The notes beneath the pieces were generated by a model. That model searched no databases. It was not told the DNA's origin and saw nothing but the letters and a program-made list of their open reading frames with translations. 64,000 bases of DNA, taken from positions 8,517 to 72,516 of the IMG/VR virus record IMGVR_UViG_2690315628_000002. The stretch is one strand, 5' to 3'. The translations under genes were made by a program, and so were the position numbers. Position 1 is the first letter of the stretch. Each line of letters begins with the position of its first letter. This DNA comes from a virus (Duplodnaviria > Caudoviricetes). This document shows positions 38,632-47,904 of the stretch, in pieces.

Positions 38632-39554
38632 GCCTGCAACTCCAGTTGACGACGAAACTGGCGGAAGCCGACGAAATTGCCGTGTTCTTCGCTGTGCTTC
38701 CAGCACGCGGCAGCTTTGAATGCGGGGCGTTCGAAATGGTAAGCTAGGTCTTCGTACTCATCAGCCTGCGCGACATGCTCAAACGGGCTGGCATGGAAGG
38801 GCTTCGAGAACAGCTTGTCATAGATCGCCGTGGCGCGGCCGAGCGACATGTCGAAACCGTCCGTCGTCTTGTAGGAAGTGCTGGCACAGCGGGCGACGGA
38901 GACTTTGCGCAGAGTTTCGACGCCGATGTTGTGATCACCGCCACTAGCTTCATAAAGCAAGTCCTCGTCGAAGGTGGTGATAAACGGCATGTGCCATTGT
39001 CCCGGCTTGAGCGTCTGCACCGTGGACTCGTCCTCAAGGCACTTCCGAATCTCAAGGGCAAGCATTTGGATGTGCGGCTCTGCGTCCCTGTGGTCTCGCA
39101 GTTCGAGAAAGTTGTCCCATTCCGTCGACGACACAAGCACAGTTATGTGGAGAAACGGTTCGAGCAGGCGGTTGATGACCTGCTTGTGGTAGCCGGCGTT
39201 ATCGAAAGCTGTGGCGATACGAATAGCTTCATCTCGCGCCCATAGCCATGCTCGTTCGCGGGAAACGCCTCCTGGCACAATGAGAGGCAGAGGCGCGTCG
39301 CATTCCTGATCGGCCTGCATACCCTTCTGCGCAGCTCCCCAATGGATCGGCATAGCGGTGTCGGCGAGGATATCGTCGATCATCTTTTTCACCGGGATCG
39401 CACGGCTGCTGGCCGCATTCCGGCTGAACACGCGATGCGTCATGAACTCGGCATGGATGAACCGCGGATAGCGCAGCAGAAGCGTCGAAAGCACCTTGTC
39501 TGGTGCACTAGCGTTACGGCTGCGCAAGATTGTTTTGGCGGAAATTGTGGTCAT
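38628..39554 (-). CDS. thyX: FAD-dependent thymidylate synthase
   Basis: YPRFIHAEFMTHRVFSRNAASSRAIP; HKQVINRLLEPF; FLELR; HASPFEH. Confidence 0.9.
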   Translation of the reverse strand: MTTISAKTILRSRNASAPDKVLSTLLLRYPRFIHAEFMTHRVFSRNAASSRAIPVKKMIDDILADTAMPIHWGAAQKGMQADQECDAPLPLIVPGGVSRERAWLWARDEAIRIATAFDNAGYHKQVINRLLEPFLHITVLVSSTEWDNFLELRDHRDAEPHIQMLALEIRKCLEDESTVQTLKPGQWHMPFITTFDEDLLYEASGGDHNIGVETLRKVSVARCASTSYKTTDGFDMSLGRATAIYDKLFSKPFHASPFEHVAQADEYEDLAYHFERPAFKAAACWKHSEEHGNFVGFRQFRRQLELQA

Positions 39555-40453
39555 TCCTCGGTTTCCTTTGCTTGGCTCGCGGTGGCATTGTCGATCGCAT
39601 CCCTGAGCGATTTGCCGGTCCAAAAATGTTTACCGACGTGGACCAACCACTCGCGCGTCGCATCGTCTTGTGAAATTGAAACGGAAGTGTGCGTGCCGTT
39701 TTCAACGTAGCCACATAGATCGCGCAAGGCGTCCAGGCGAACCGTGTCTCCGAGAAGCGGCTTCGGTTTCTCACCGGCATCCATGTGTTTCGCGGTGGCG
39801 CGCTTTTTCCCTTCCGCCTGCGCCTTGTCGATGGCACGCGTCAGATCGCCAGCGGCTTTCACACCGTCGCCGCCGTGTTTCTTCAACGTGGCCATGGCGA
39901 GCGTCGCAGCGACCTGACCTGCGGCCACCAGAGTGGTGACAGCAGCCGGCGCGGCCTGCAGTTCAAGAAGCTCGACGATCCACTGGCGAGCGAGACCGGT
40001 CTTCTGCTGGATATCTTTTTCCGTCCACCCGAGATCGATGAGACGCTTGAAGACGCGCGCCTGTTCGATGGGTGTCAGCGGCTTGCCGGAATTACGCACG
40101 ATCTGGCTGAAAACGCGGTCCGCCTCGCTCGAATAACGATCTTCGGTCTGGACCGGAACGCTTTTGATTTCGGCTCCGAGGTGCTCGATCGCATACATCG
40201 TCGCACCGTGACGGCGATGACCGTCGGAGATGAACGCCTTACCATCTTCCGTATAGACGGTGAGTGCCTGCTTGACGCCGACCTGCGAGATGGATTCAGC
40301 GAGCGCCAAATCTTCCGCGTCGTCCGGATTGAAGTTGACGCTGCGGCAGTTCCAGTCGACCTTCACATGCAGGTCGCGCGGGTCCATGCGGTAGATGTCG
40401 GAGCGTCCAACGGCGAGCGATTTGATGACGCCCTGATTTGAAGTTGCAGTCAT
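39551..40453 (-). CDS. ParB-like protein
   Basis: LAESISQVGVKQAL..ISDGHRR..KPLTPIEQA followed by HTH. Confidence 0.8.
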   Translation of the reverse strand: MTATSNQGVIKSLAVGRSDIYRMDPRDLHVKVDWNCRSVNFNPDDAEDLALAESISQVGVKQALTVYTEDGKAFISDGHRRHGATMYAIEHLGAEIKSVPVQTEDRYSSEADRVFSQIVRNSGKPLTPIEQARVFKRLIDLGWTEKDIQQKTGLARQWIVELLELQAAPAAVTTLVAAGQVAATLAMATLKKHGGDGVKAAGDLTRAIDKAQAEGKKRATAKHMDAGEKPKPLLGDTVRLDALRDLCGYVENGTHTSVSISQDDATREWLVHVGKHFWTGKSLRDAIDNATASQAKETEE

Positions 40454-40462
40454 GGAATTTCC

Positions 40463-40795
40463 TCACACGAGCAGGTCGTCGAGATCGACCGGCGTTGGTT
40501 TGACAGGCGGAGTGTCGATCAGGTCATCTAGGTCGACGATTGGTTTGGTGGAGGGCGGCGCGGTAGCGATCCGCCACGTAGCACCGAAGTGTCTGACACC
40601 CCGGCCGTCCTCGACGAGCACATTGGTTTCGCCGTAGTGCTTGATGACCACACCGTCGATCGGCTCAAGTCCATAGGCGTTGCCGTATGTTACCTTCGTG
40701 CCGACGGGCCAGAGTACGTTGGGGCGATTTTCCGCTGCCATCACAGCATCCCTATGAGTAAAAGGATCCGCAGCGTGGAAAGCAGAAGGAACCAT
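40463..40795 (-). CDS. Hypothetical protein with two VDLDDL(I/L) motifs
   Basis: Small beta-rich N-terminus and Pro-rich acidic tail. Confidence 0.6.
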   Translation of the reverse strand: MVPSAFHAADPFTHRDAVMAAENRPNVLWPVGTKVTYGNAYGLEPIDGVVIKHYGETNVLVEDGRGVRHFGATWRIATAPPSTKPIVDLDDLIDTPPVKPTPVDLDDLLV

Positions 40796-40832
40796 GCAGC
40801 GAGACCGAGGACCGACAAGATGAGAACTGTCC

Positions 40833-41075
40833 TCATCGCGCGTACCTCGACTGCTGATGCGCCCGTAAGCCGGTCTCTTCGACTAAACAGCGAATGGAGC
40901 CGTCGATGAAGCGTTCAAGTAGCTCGCCGCGGAACTCGGACAGAGGAGTGCCGGGCGCGAGTTCTTCCCGCATCGGGACGGCAGTTTCGTGTATCCACTG
41001 GCGGTAAGCGGGGCTGCGTCTGGAAGATATGGTATTATCTCGCGCACTGCGAGCGATGTCAGCTTCGGTCATCAT
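40833..41075 (-). CDS. Hypothetical protein
   Basis: Coupled ORF in operon. Confidence 0.45.
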   Translation of the reverse strand: MMTEADIARSARDNTISSRRSPAYRQWIHETAVPMREELAPGTPLSEFRGELLERFIDGSIRCLVEETGLRAHQQSRYAR

Positions 41076-41398
41076 GCGTCACCGCCTTTGACCCGACCGA
41101 TGCGGATTTCGCGATGATTGATCGAGCAGTGTGTAGGGTTCGGTGACTCGCCATACCACATCAAAAACCACCGTTTTGGTTGGCGGATAGGTCGCGATCC
41201 CGGTGCGCAGGGTCCAGGGTACGCACGCTTCCAGCATTTACCGGGATAGACACCGCTCGGACTGGTGGCGGAGTATTCAGGCAAACCCTCGAATTGCCGG
41301 CGCGTCAACAAAACGTGCGTCGCGTTCATCGGTGCTTCGCGAATGTCTCGTGGCTGCTTCCAGTGTTTCCCCATCGGGTCGATCATTGCAGGTATCAT
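41072..41398 (-). CDS. Hypothetical phage protein
   Basis: DPMGKHWKQP..LPEYSATSPSGVYPGKCWKR. Confidence 0.6.
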   Translation of the reverse strand: MIPAMIDPMGKHWKQPRDIREAPMNATHVLLTRRQFEGLPEYSATSPSGVYPGKCWKRAYPGPCAPGSRPIRQPKRWFLMWYGESPNPTHCSINHREIRIGRVKGGDA

Positions 41399-41967
41399 CA
41401 CGCGCCACCTTCCCCGGGCTTGTCCCACAGGGGCAAGAAATCACGATCGAGCGCGCACTTGGTGAAGCGAAGCAGTTGTTCCTGCGTGAAAGCGTAAACC
41501 GTCGCGTCATCGTTGATCGACTGGGCGCCGGCCTGCAACGCGGCCTCAAGCAGGTATCCGTCCCCATCAGATGCGATGGGCGACGCTTCGTATTTCAGAA
41601 GCTCAGGAATGGGACCCGGATCGACGTTGTCTCTCACCAGCTCCTGCGCGAATTTCGCTTGCGCGGTCCAACGTTCTGCGCCATCTGGTACTGTCATTTC
41701 ACCGTATCCGGTCCAGTTCGCTTCGTTCTGGTGGCACCAGTCTTCCAGGTCGGATAGCGCCTGCAACGCCCGCTTCATCAAAGCGCCTCGATCCATGAAC
41801 GGCGAGAAATCGCCACCAGTGAGATCAGGATCAGTTGATTGTTCGAGGCCTGCGTCGCGTGCCAGAACCCGCACAATCGCACATGTCTCAGTGGCATTTC
41901 TCACGGGCACGTTGAGTGCTTTCAAAATCACATTGACGGTCCGAGCGTCCAGCAAAGTCTCAGTCAT
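41398..41967 (-). CDS. Hypothetical protein
   Basis: GGAG SD; operator pair upstream. Confidence 0.6.
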   Translation of the reverse strand: MTETLLDARTVNVILKALNVPVRNATETCAIVRVLARDAGLEQSTDPDLTGGDFSPFMDRGALMKRALQALSDLEDWCHQNEANWTGYGEMTVPDGAERWTAQAKFAQELVRDNVDPGPIPELLKYEASPIASDGDGYLLEAALQAGAQSINDDATVYAFTQEQLLRFTKCALDRDFLPLWDKPGEGGA

Positions 41968-42263
41968 GTTCCAGGTCTCCTAGACATAATTACACGATAA
42001 AAGTGAAATTCAATCAGGTCAACAAAAATACTCACTAAAAGTGAAATTTAGTTGCTGGAACTGATCCGTTTCGGCTTTCTGACCTGGCACGCTGGCAGTC
42101 TTTCGAACTGCGTGTTCCAACCGTAACCGTTCTTCGGGTCCGCGATGAATTTCGACATGGTGGATTTGGCTGCATAAAGGCTTGGGGCTATCACTTCGAA
42201 CGTCTTTCGACTGCGACCGACAGCGAACCAAAACTGTTTCTGTGGGCTCATCCGAGGCACCTC

Positions 42264-42298
42264 TTGACTGTCACATTAAACGTGAACAAAATAAGAAC
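42264..42298 (+). promoter_or_regulatory. Promoter with overlapping phage operator and SOS box
   Basis: TTGACT 42264-69, 17 bp, CAAAAT; TCAC-ATTAAAC-GTGA 42271-85; GAAC-AAAATAA-GAAC 42284-98. Confidence 0.75.
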
Positions 42299-42586
42299 AT
42301 GAAACACCGTCGCGGCATAAACCTTGTTCCGGATTCCTTTCGAGTGATCTACGAAGGGACGGTGAGTCGCGATCTGTATCCGACGCTGAACGCATATCCC
42401 GAATGGTACGTATTCGGCGGACGATGTTCCCGCTGCGAACGGGAAGGGTGGCTGGATCGCCAGCAACTAACCCGACGCTTTGGCACGAACGTCTTTCTCA
42501 ACCAGTTGCGCCCCAAGTTGCGATGCCTGAAATGCGGTAACAAAGGAAACAACAACTGGATTATTGGGAAGATGGGCAGGGATTAG
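42299..42586 (+). CDS. Small CxxC..CxxC zinc-finger protein, probably leaderless and SOS-inducible
   Basis: RCSRCEREG..LRCLKCGNKG; ATG directly after the SOS box; opposite strand to neighbours. Confidence 0.7.
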   Translation: MKHRRGINLVPDSFRVIYEGTVSRDLYPTLNAYPEWYVFGGRCSRCEREGWLDRQQLTRRFGTNVFLNQLRPKLRCLKCGNKGNNNWIIGKMGRD

Positions 42587-42820
42587 TCACCGATCAGTGA
42601 CGCGCGCCATCAGCTCGGGCAGAATGATGTGCCACATGGTGGCGTCATAGACCGGTTCACCTGGTGCGAATTGCATCGGCGCCATATGCGACATGTAGAA
42701 TTTCGCCGTCGCAATCAGGTTCTCGTTCGACAACGCCTGCATCTCGCCGCGTTTCCTACGTGACCAATCTTCGTACTGTTGTGCTCGTGCCTGCGCTTCA
42801 GGCGTCAGTTTAAAGGTCAT
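42587..42820 (-). CDS. Hypothetical protein
   Basis: MTFKLTPEAQ..; 77 aa. Confidence 0.5.
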   Translation of the reverse strand: MTFKLTPEAQARAQQYEDWSRRKRGEMQALSNENLIATAKFYMSHMAPMQFAPGEPVYDATMWHIILPELMARVTDR

Positions 42821-42955
42821 AGAGTGTCTTCCGTTCGAAAGCGTCGCCCAGCAAGGAGCCCGCAAAGTAGGGCCAGACGAGCGACTTCCAGAACCCGTGT
42901 TTGTCTGCGAAGCCATCAGCGATGCCGGCGTAAATGGCGCAAAGAACAATTGAGG

Positions 42956-43681
42956 TCATTCCCCGCTCCTGATGTTTGTGTGTTTGTGGAGGATGCGTTC
43001 CTCCTGCTTTGCGGGTGCTGCGGCGAGCATGACGTGGTAGTACATTTTTGCGCGGGCCTGGACGCGAGACCGCATCGCCTCGCTTTCGCCTGTCTGGCCC
43101 CAATATGCGTCAAGCATTTCCTCGGTCGGTCGGACCGGCACAAGCTGCCACCCCGCCACGTCCTGCACCTGTGCGGAGAGGGCAGAGCGTATGCGGGCCT
43201 CGTAGTCGGCTTGGGCGGCGGCTTTGGCTTCTTCGAGGCTTTCGGTCATCGGTAGGTGAACTGCTTTACCATCAATATGATGGACGCAGCCCCAGCAACC
43301 GGCTTTTACTCTGCTTACACCATACCAGTGCCCGAATGCGCCGGTTCCGTAATGCATCCGACCGTGACTGAAGCCTTCGTTATGAGCCTTCCACTCCAAA
43401 GCCTTCACAGCCACGGATGGCGCGGGAGGGGCGACGTAGAATTTTGTGCCGATAGGCAAGTGATCCGCCGATCCGGGAGGGTGCGGCATCAATACGCGCA
43501 TCCCGCCAGCACCCATTTCGGCCACGGTCGCCACCGGCTCCGCAGCGGACAGGGCGGCTTCACGTTCCGCCATGATGGCGCGGGCGATGAAAGGAGCCAT
43601 AGCAAGCATCGGCGCTTTCATCATCTCTACGACAACTGCATTGGCAGACTGCATCACGTCGTCGGGGATTTCACTCTGCAT
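42956..43681 (-). CDS. Mosaic hypothetical phage protein
   Basis: Short modules common in alphaproteobacterial phages (VKALEW, AKAAAQADYEARIRSAL, LVPVRPTEEM). Confidence 0.65.
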   Translation of the reverse strand: MQSEIPDDVMQSANAVVVEMMKAPMLAMAPFIARAIMAEREAALSAAEPVATVAEMGAGGMRVLMPHPPGSADHLPIGTKFYVAPPAPSVAVKALEWKAHNEGFSHGRMHYGTGAFGHWYGVSRVKAGCWGCVHHIDGKAVHLPMTESLEEAKAAAQADYEARIRSALSAQVQDVAGWQLVPVRPTEEMLDAYWGQTGESEAMRSRVQARAKMYYHVMLAAAPAKQEERILHKHTNIRSGE

Positions 43682-44177
43682 TTTCTTCCCTCTGCCAAAG
43701 AACGTTGCCTACCAGGTCTTCGATCGACGTAAGGTGGTCGTTCAGCTTGCCGTGGTCCTCGGGCTTGCATTTGTCGGTCGGCTGGATCGGATAAACTCCA
43801 CCATCAACCGTTCTCATGATCCAGACGGTTGGGAGGAGCGAGGCGAGGGGTTCAAAGCGGCCGTCCTCAAACTCCTCGCGCGGACGAACCCACAGGGAAC
43901 CGTCGTCGATCGAGCGGTAGATCGCGACCTCGCGCATGTCAGTAGATGCGCCGGTATCGTATTCAAACCACTTCTCCGCCTGCATCTTGCCGACGCCGAG
44001 CAGTTCGTATTCTGTGCCGCGTTTCTTGTGGCGATGCGTTGGCGTCGGCGCAGTCGCAGCGCCGTGCTTCATCACCAGGTCGATGATGTCGTTCTTGTCC
44101 GCTTCGACGAAATGGCCATTGAACCATCCGGCGAAAAGGTCATCCACGTCTTTCGAAATTTCGTCTCTGTTTGTCAT
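43671..44177 (-). CDS. DUF1653-like protein
   Basis: HRHKKRGTEYELLG..VAIYRSIDDGSLWVRPREEF. Confidence 0.6.
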   Translation of the reverse strand: MTNRDEISKDVDDLFAGWFNGHFVEADKNDIIDLVMKHGAATAPTPTHRHKKRGTEYELLGVGKMQAEKWFEYDTGASTDMREVAIYRSIDDGSLWVRPREEFEDGRFEPLASLLPTVWIMRTVDGGVYPIQPTDKCKPEDHGKLNDHLTSIEDLVGNVLWQREENAE

Positions 44178-44406
44178 AGTCCACCATGAATCCTGATTGA
44201 TGTTTCTTGCTGCTCTCGATCGACCACGCCGGCGCCCAAAAGCCGCCCTCGGCCTTCACCAGCGCCTTCTTCGGGATCCAGACCTCGTGGCCGTAATACT
44301 GAAAAAGGTAGGCCCGGTGCGTCTCGTGCAGACACTGGCCGAGCCCGCGATAGCCTGACGGCACCTCGTCGAGTTCCTTCGCCCTCACCTGTGAATCGGG
44401 GATCAT
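44140..44406 (-). CDS. Hypothetical protein
   Basis: GGAGG SD; HETHRAYLF..EVWIPK. Confidence 0.55.
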   Translation of the reverse strand: MIPDSQVRAKELDEVPSGYRGLGQCLHETHRAYLFQYYGHEVWIPKKALVKAEGGFWAPAWSIESSKKHQSGFMVDYDKQRRNFERRG

Positions 44407-44577
44407 TTCAACCTCCGCGAACCTGTTGGGAAACCGGCATCTCTGACCTGCCGGAAACCGAAGAGGCTCAGCTTGCTTTCCAGCGCTCGAAACGACGACC
44501 GCCGTAAAAGAGGACACAACTCCAGCAGAAGCCGAGGATCAGATCGGGAAGATTGTTGAGGATGGCGATAACCACGG

Positions 44578-45444
44578 TCAGCTCCCGAAGTTGGAGACGA
44601 TCCCGCCGCGGGCCTTCATCACCGCGCGGATGAATGTCTTCAGTTCGGCCTGGTCCGCGACAGCGTCCTTATTGACGTAAACCTTCGCCAGCCACGTCAG
44701 CGTCGACTTGCTCGAGAACCAGCCCTGCAGGCTCTTCTTGTAGGTGTCACTCGGGATTTCCGCGTAGGAGTAGAGTGGCTTGCCCTGCGGATCGACGGCA
44801 TCGTCAAAATCACGGTCGTTGACACCGACCAGTGACAGGCCATCGCCGTAGAACTCGTCGGCCGAACGAACCAGTGTGTTACCGAGCGCTGCCGGCACGA
44901 GCATGCAGGTCGTTTGCTCGTTGCTCACCGAGGATAGTGCAATGTCACCGGACTCGTCAGTCTGACGGACCGGAGCATAATCAGCGTCTTCGGAGATGAA
45001 GTTCTGCCAGATGAGCCAAGCACCCGACCCGCGTTCGCCGAGTGCGATCGAATACTTCTTCGCGTCGCTCTCGAGATCACCGATGTCGTCGACGCCGGAT
45101 TTGCTGCCGCAGAGCGCATGCAGATATTCGCGATGCAGATCGGCAACCGGGACGAACTTGGCAGCGTTAGCCGGCTCGGTGCGCTTGAGGTACGCCAGAC
45201 CATCGGGCTGCCCGACGAACGCATCGCATTTGCCCTGAAGGCTGAGCTGGATATTGCCCCAGGTGCCGCCCGTGTCCTTGACAACGTCAACGATCAGGCC
45301 AGCTCCTTTCGCTTCTGCGCGGATCATTTCCCCGGCTGCTGCATAGGGCTGGTCTGCGGCACCTGTGCAAAGTGTGAGAGCCGCTGCGGGGCTGCTGAAC
45401 ATGCAAGCGAGCGCAAGCGCCGCTCCGATGAAGAGCTTCTTCAT
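44578..45444 (-). CDS. TAXI/TRAP-type periplasmic solute-binding-like protein
   Basis: Signal peptide ending AAA; LCTG..Y, TGGTWGNI, CDAFVGQPD, LHREYLHAL, IALGERGSGA. Confidence 0.7.
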   Translation of the reverse strand: MKKLFIGAALALACMFSSPAAALTLCTGAADQPYAAAGEMIRAEAKGAGLIVDVVKDTGGTWGNIQLSLQGKCDAFVGQPDGLAYLKRTEPANAAKFVPVADLHREYLHALCGSKSGVDDIGDLESDAKKYSIALGERGSGAWLIWQNFISEDADYAPVRQTDESGDIALSSVSNEQTTCMLVPAALGNTLVRSADEFYGDGLSLVGVNDRDFDDAVDPQGKPLYSYAEIPSDTYKKSLQGWFSSKSTLTWLAKVYVNKDAVADQAELKTFIRAVMKARGGIVSNFGS

Positions 45445-45479
45445 GTTGTCTCCTGTTAGGTTGGTGTGTTGAGGGGAAT

Positions 45480-45890
45480 TCATCGCGTGCTCCGCACTGG
45501 ACGGAGATTGCGGCCGACTGCCTCGCGCTTGGCGGGGTAGCTGCGGATGGAATGACGAATGGTCGTATGATCCCGCCCACCGAGGTACATGCCGATCTCG
45601 GCGAGGCTCGACGTGGTTCTACGCACCATCCAGTAGCAGCAGGCCTGTCGCACCAGGACGACATGCTTCTGCATACGGTCGCTCGTGATCGTTTCAGCCG
45701 AAAGACCGGTGCGCTTGCAGAATAGTGCGAGGATCCGTTCCTTGGTCGTCATCAGGCGAGTGGGTTCGACGATGAGCAGCGTCTTCGGCTTGCTGGCGAT
45801 GTTGATGACCTTCGGTGCGCCGTAGATGCGCCGACGGACGGCGGCATAGCGCGCCAGTAGTTCCTCCGCTGTCTTGGGTTCAGGCTTCAT
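45480..45890 (-). CDS. DnaA domain IV-like HTH protein
   Basis: VRQACCYW..SSLAEIGMYLGGRDHTTIRHS. Confidence 0.8.
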   Translation of the reverse strand: MKPEPKTAEELLARYAAVRRRIYGAPKVINIASKPKTLLIVEPTRLMTTKERILALFCKRTGLSAETITSDRMQKHVVLVRQACCYWMVRRTTSSLAEIGMYLGGRDHTTIRHSIRSYPAKREAVGRNLRPVRSTR

Positions 45891-46175
45891 AGCAGGCCTG
45901 CCAAGGAAGCGACTGAGGCTACGGTCAAGGTGAGGAGTAAAGTCACGGTGCTGCTGATAGCAGCGCTCATGTGCTCAACCGCACCACGGTGACGATCGAA
46001 AGAGACGGATGCGCGTTGAAAAAATAACCGCGCATCGCGGACATCATGTTTCAAGCTCATCACCGATCCCCTTCGAAGTGGCCGGCAAGTACGCTGACGA
46101 GGAAAGCGGTCAGAGCACTGGTCGCGAAAATGTATAGAAGCATGCTCATTCCAAATTCCTCTTAAAAGTTGAAAT

Positions 46176-46400
46176 TTAGGACGCGAAAACTTTGGTTTGG
46201 CGGGCGCGCTTCCGATCGCCGCGGGTCATTCCCTGCGCGTCGACCTTCGGAACTTTCTTCGGAGTCCGAAACCCTCTGCCGCCAGTCAAAGCCGCGAAGT
46301 GGGTTAACCTACGCTGGATCGCCATGGTGTCACGCAACGGAGCACCGAGCGAGGTTTCAAGAGCGGCTTGATCTCCAACGATCTTGTCAAAAATGTTCAT
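46176..46400 (-). CDS. Small basic hypothetical protein
   Basis: AAGGAG SD; operator cluster upstream. Confidence 0.6.
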   Translation of the reverse strand: MNIFDKIVGDQAALETSLGAPLRDTMAIQRRLTHFAALTGGRGFRTPKKVPKVDAQGMTRGDRKRARQTKVFAS

Positions 46401-46664
46401 TGTCACTTCTCCTTTGAGTTTCACGTTTAATGAGCAATATTGCACGAATTAAACGCAAGTCAACTGAGAAGTGAAATTTATTGAGATTTCTTCGGGATGG
46501 TTACCACGGCAGGTAATCACGTGTGCATGGTCGTCCAAAAACAATTTCAAAGTGAAAAAATTTGCGATCGATGGAGCATTTCAGGTTGCAGTGCTTTATT
46601 AACATGCTATCTGCATTATATAAATAATCGTGGAACGTGCTGCTAATAAACTAAGGGGTGTGAA

Positions 46665-46895
46665 ATGGCCGTTTTGACTTGGCGTAAATTGCTGACAATC
46701 TCCGCGCTTATCAAAGCCGGCGTTGCAGGCGCTGGTCTGATGCTGGCTGTTTTTGGCGCGTTCGATTTCGCTGCTGCCATATTTGTCCAAGATTGGATTG
46801 CTGAGCAGAAAGCCCTGCTGTCGATCGACATGGCTGCATCGCTCGGCGCGGCTGCCGGCGTGACGTGGAGACTCTTCAACATCGTTGCCTCCTGA
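46665..46895 (+). CDS. Small two-TM membrane protein (moron)
   Basis: Two hydrophobic segments; AT-rich upstream region. Confidence 0.55.
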   Translation: MAVLTWRKLLTISALIKAGVAGAGLMLAVFGAFDFAAAIFVQDWIAEQKALLSIDMAASLGAAAGVTWRLFNIVAS

Positions 46896-46909
46896 ATTCG
46901 TCGCAGCCA

Positions 46910-47284
46910 ATGGAAACGCTGCCGCCTTCCAGTTCCGTCGAGCCCGTGGAAACCCTCTATTACATCCTCCAATGTGCGTTCAATCCGAGCGATGCGGCGG
47001 CTATCAAGATTTTCTATTTCGTTTGGATCGGCGGCTACTGTCTGATTCATATCCTTTGGGATGCGTCGAGCAAACACACGCCAGCCTTCGAGTTCGGCAA
47101 TCTCACCAAATACGCTCCTACGATTTACAATGCTACGACGTTGACCAGTAGCGTGCTTGTTCTCATCGCAATCTTCAACGAGCACGTCAGAAACTATAAC
47201 AACGATTTCGTTGTGCATTACATTCTGGCTGGGCTCCCTGGTATTTTGGTATCGGCAGCTCAACTTAAGCCCAAAGCAGAGTGA
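46910..47284 (+). CDS. Three-TM membrane protein (moron)
   Basis: Three hydrophobic segments; lower GC. Confidence 0.6.
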   Translation: METLPPSSSVEPVETLYYILQCAFNPSDAAAIKIFYFVWIGGYCLIHILWDASSKHTPAFEFGNLTKYAPTIYNATTLTSSVLVLIAIFNEHVRNYNNDFVVHYILAGLPGILVSAAQLKPKAE

Positions 47285-47303
47285 CCATTATCCCCGATAC
47301 ACC

Positions 47304-47669
47304 TCAAAGCAAGCCAAGTGTGTAATCGCAGTTGCCCGTTTTACCCTGCCACGCTCCAAAACCGTTAACCCGGTAGATTTCCACCGCTCCAGAGCGAGTG
47401 TCGTAGGAAAATGGCGCGTAGCCAGTGTAGCCGCCGAGCGAGTTCTTCGCATTCACAAAGCCGCAAACGTAGCTCGCCGCGTCACGATCCTCGCTGGCGT
47501 ATCCGCGATGCCGGCCGCGCTGGAAATCCTTGAACTGGGCGGAATCCGGATCCTTTAGAACGCCTTTGACAGCCTGTTTGATTTGTTCTTCCTGTTTCCG
47601 GTCTATTTCAGCCGCGTAGGCTGTCACGTTCAACGCCAGAAGAATGACCAAAGTGCTGCGCAAAAACAT
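47304..47669 (-). CDS. Secreted/periplasmic protein
   Basis: Signal peptide (AYA); LKDPDSAQF..VCGFVNAKNSLGGYTG. Confidence 0.7.
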   Translation of the reverse strand: MFLRSTLVILLALNVTAYAAEIDRKQEEQIKQAVKGVLKDPDSAQFKDFQRGRHRGYASEDRDAASYVCGFVNAKNSLGGYTGYAPFSYDTRSGAVEIYRVNGFGAWQGKTGNCDYTLGLL

Positions 47670-47734
47670 CCTCGCCCCCACAACCACGGATTTAGCGCAC
47701 AAACTATTCGATTTGACCGACTGTCGAAAGCTCT

Positions 47735-47807
47735 ATTTCTCCGAGGTGTAGATTTCTCCGAGGGCAGACTCTGTCGAGATTTCTCCGGGGTCTGATTTTC
47801 TCCGAGG
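47735..47807 (+). repeat. Four direct repeats WTTTCTCCGRGG
   Basis: Copies at 47735, 47752, 47779, 47796. Confidence 0.85.
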
Positions 47808-47904
47808 GGCGGGTCCGCAGGGGTCAGCTACAGGGGCTGTAAAACTCGTGATATTGACGCTGTTTTTGCGTTGATATGTAATAACATAACGTGCATGCCG
47901 TTTC

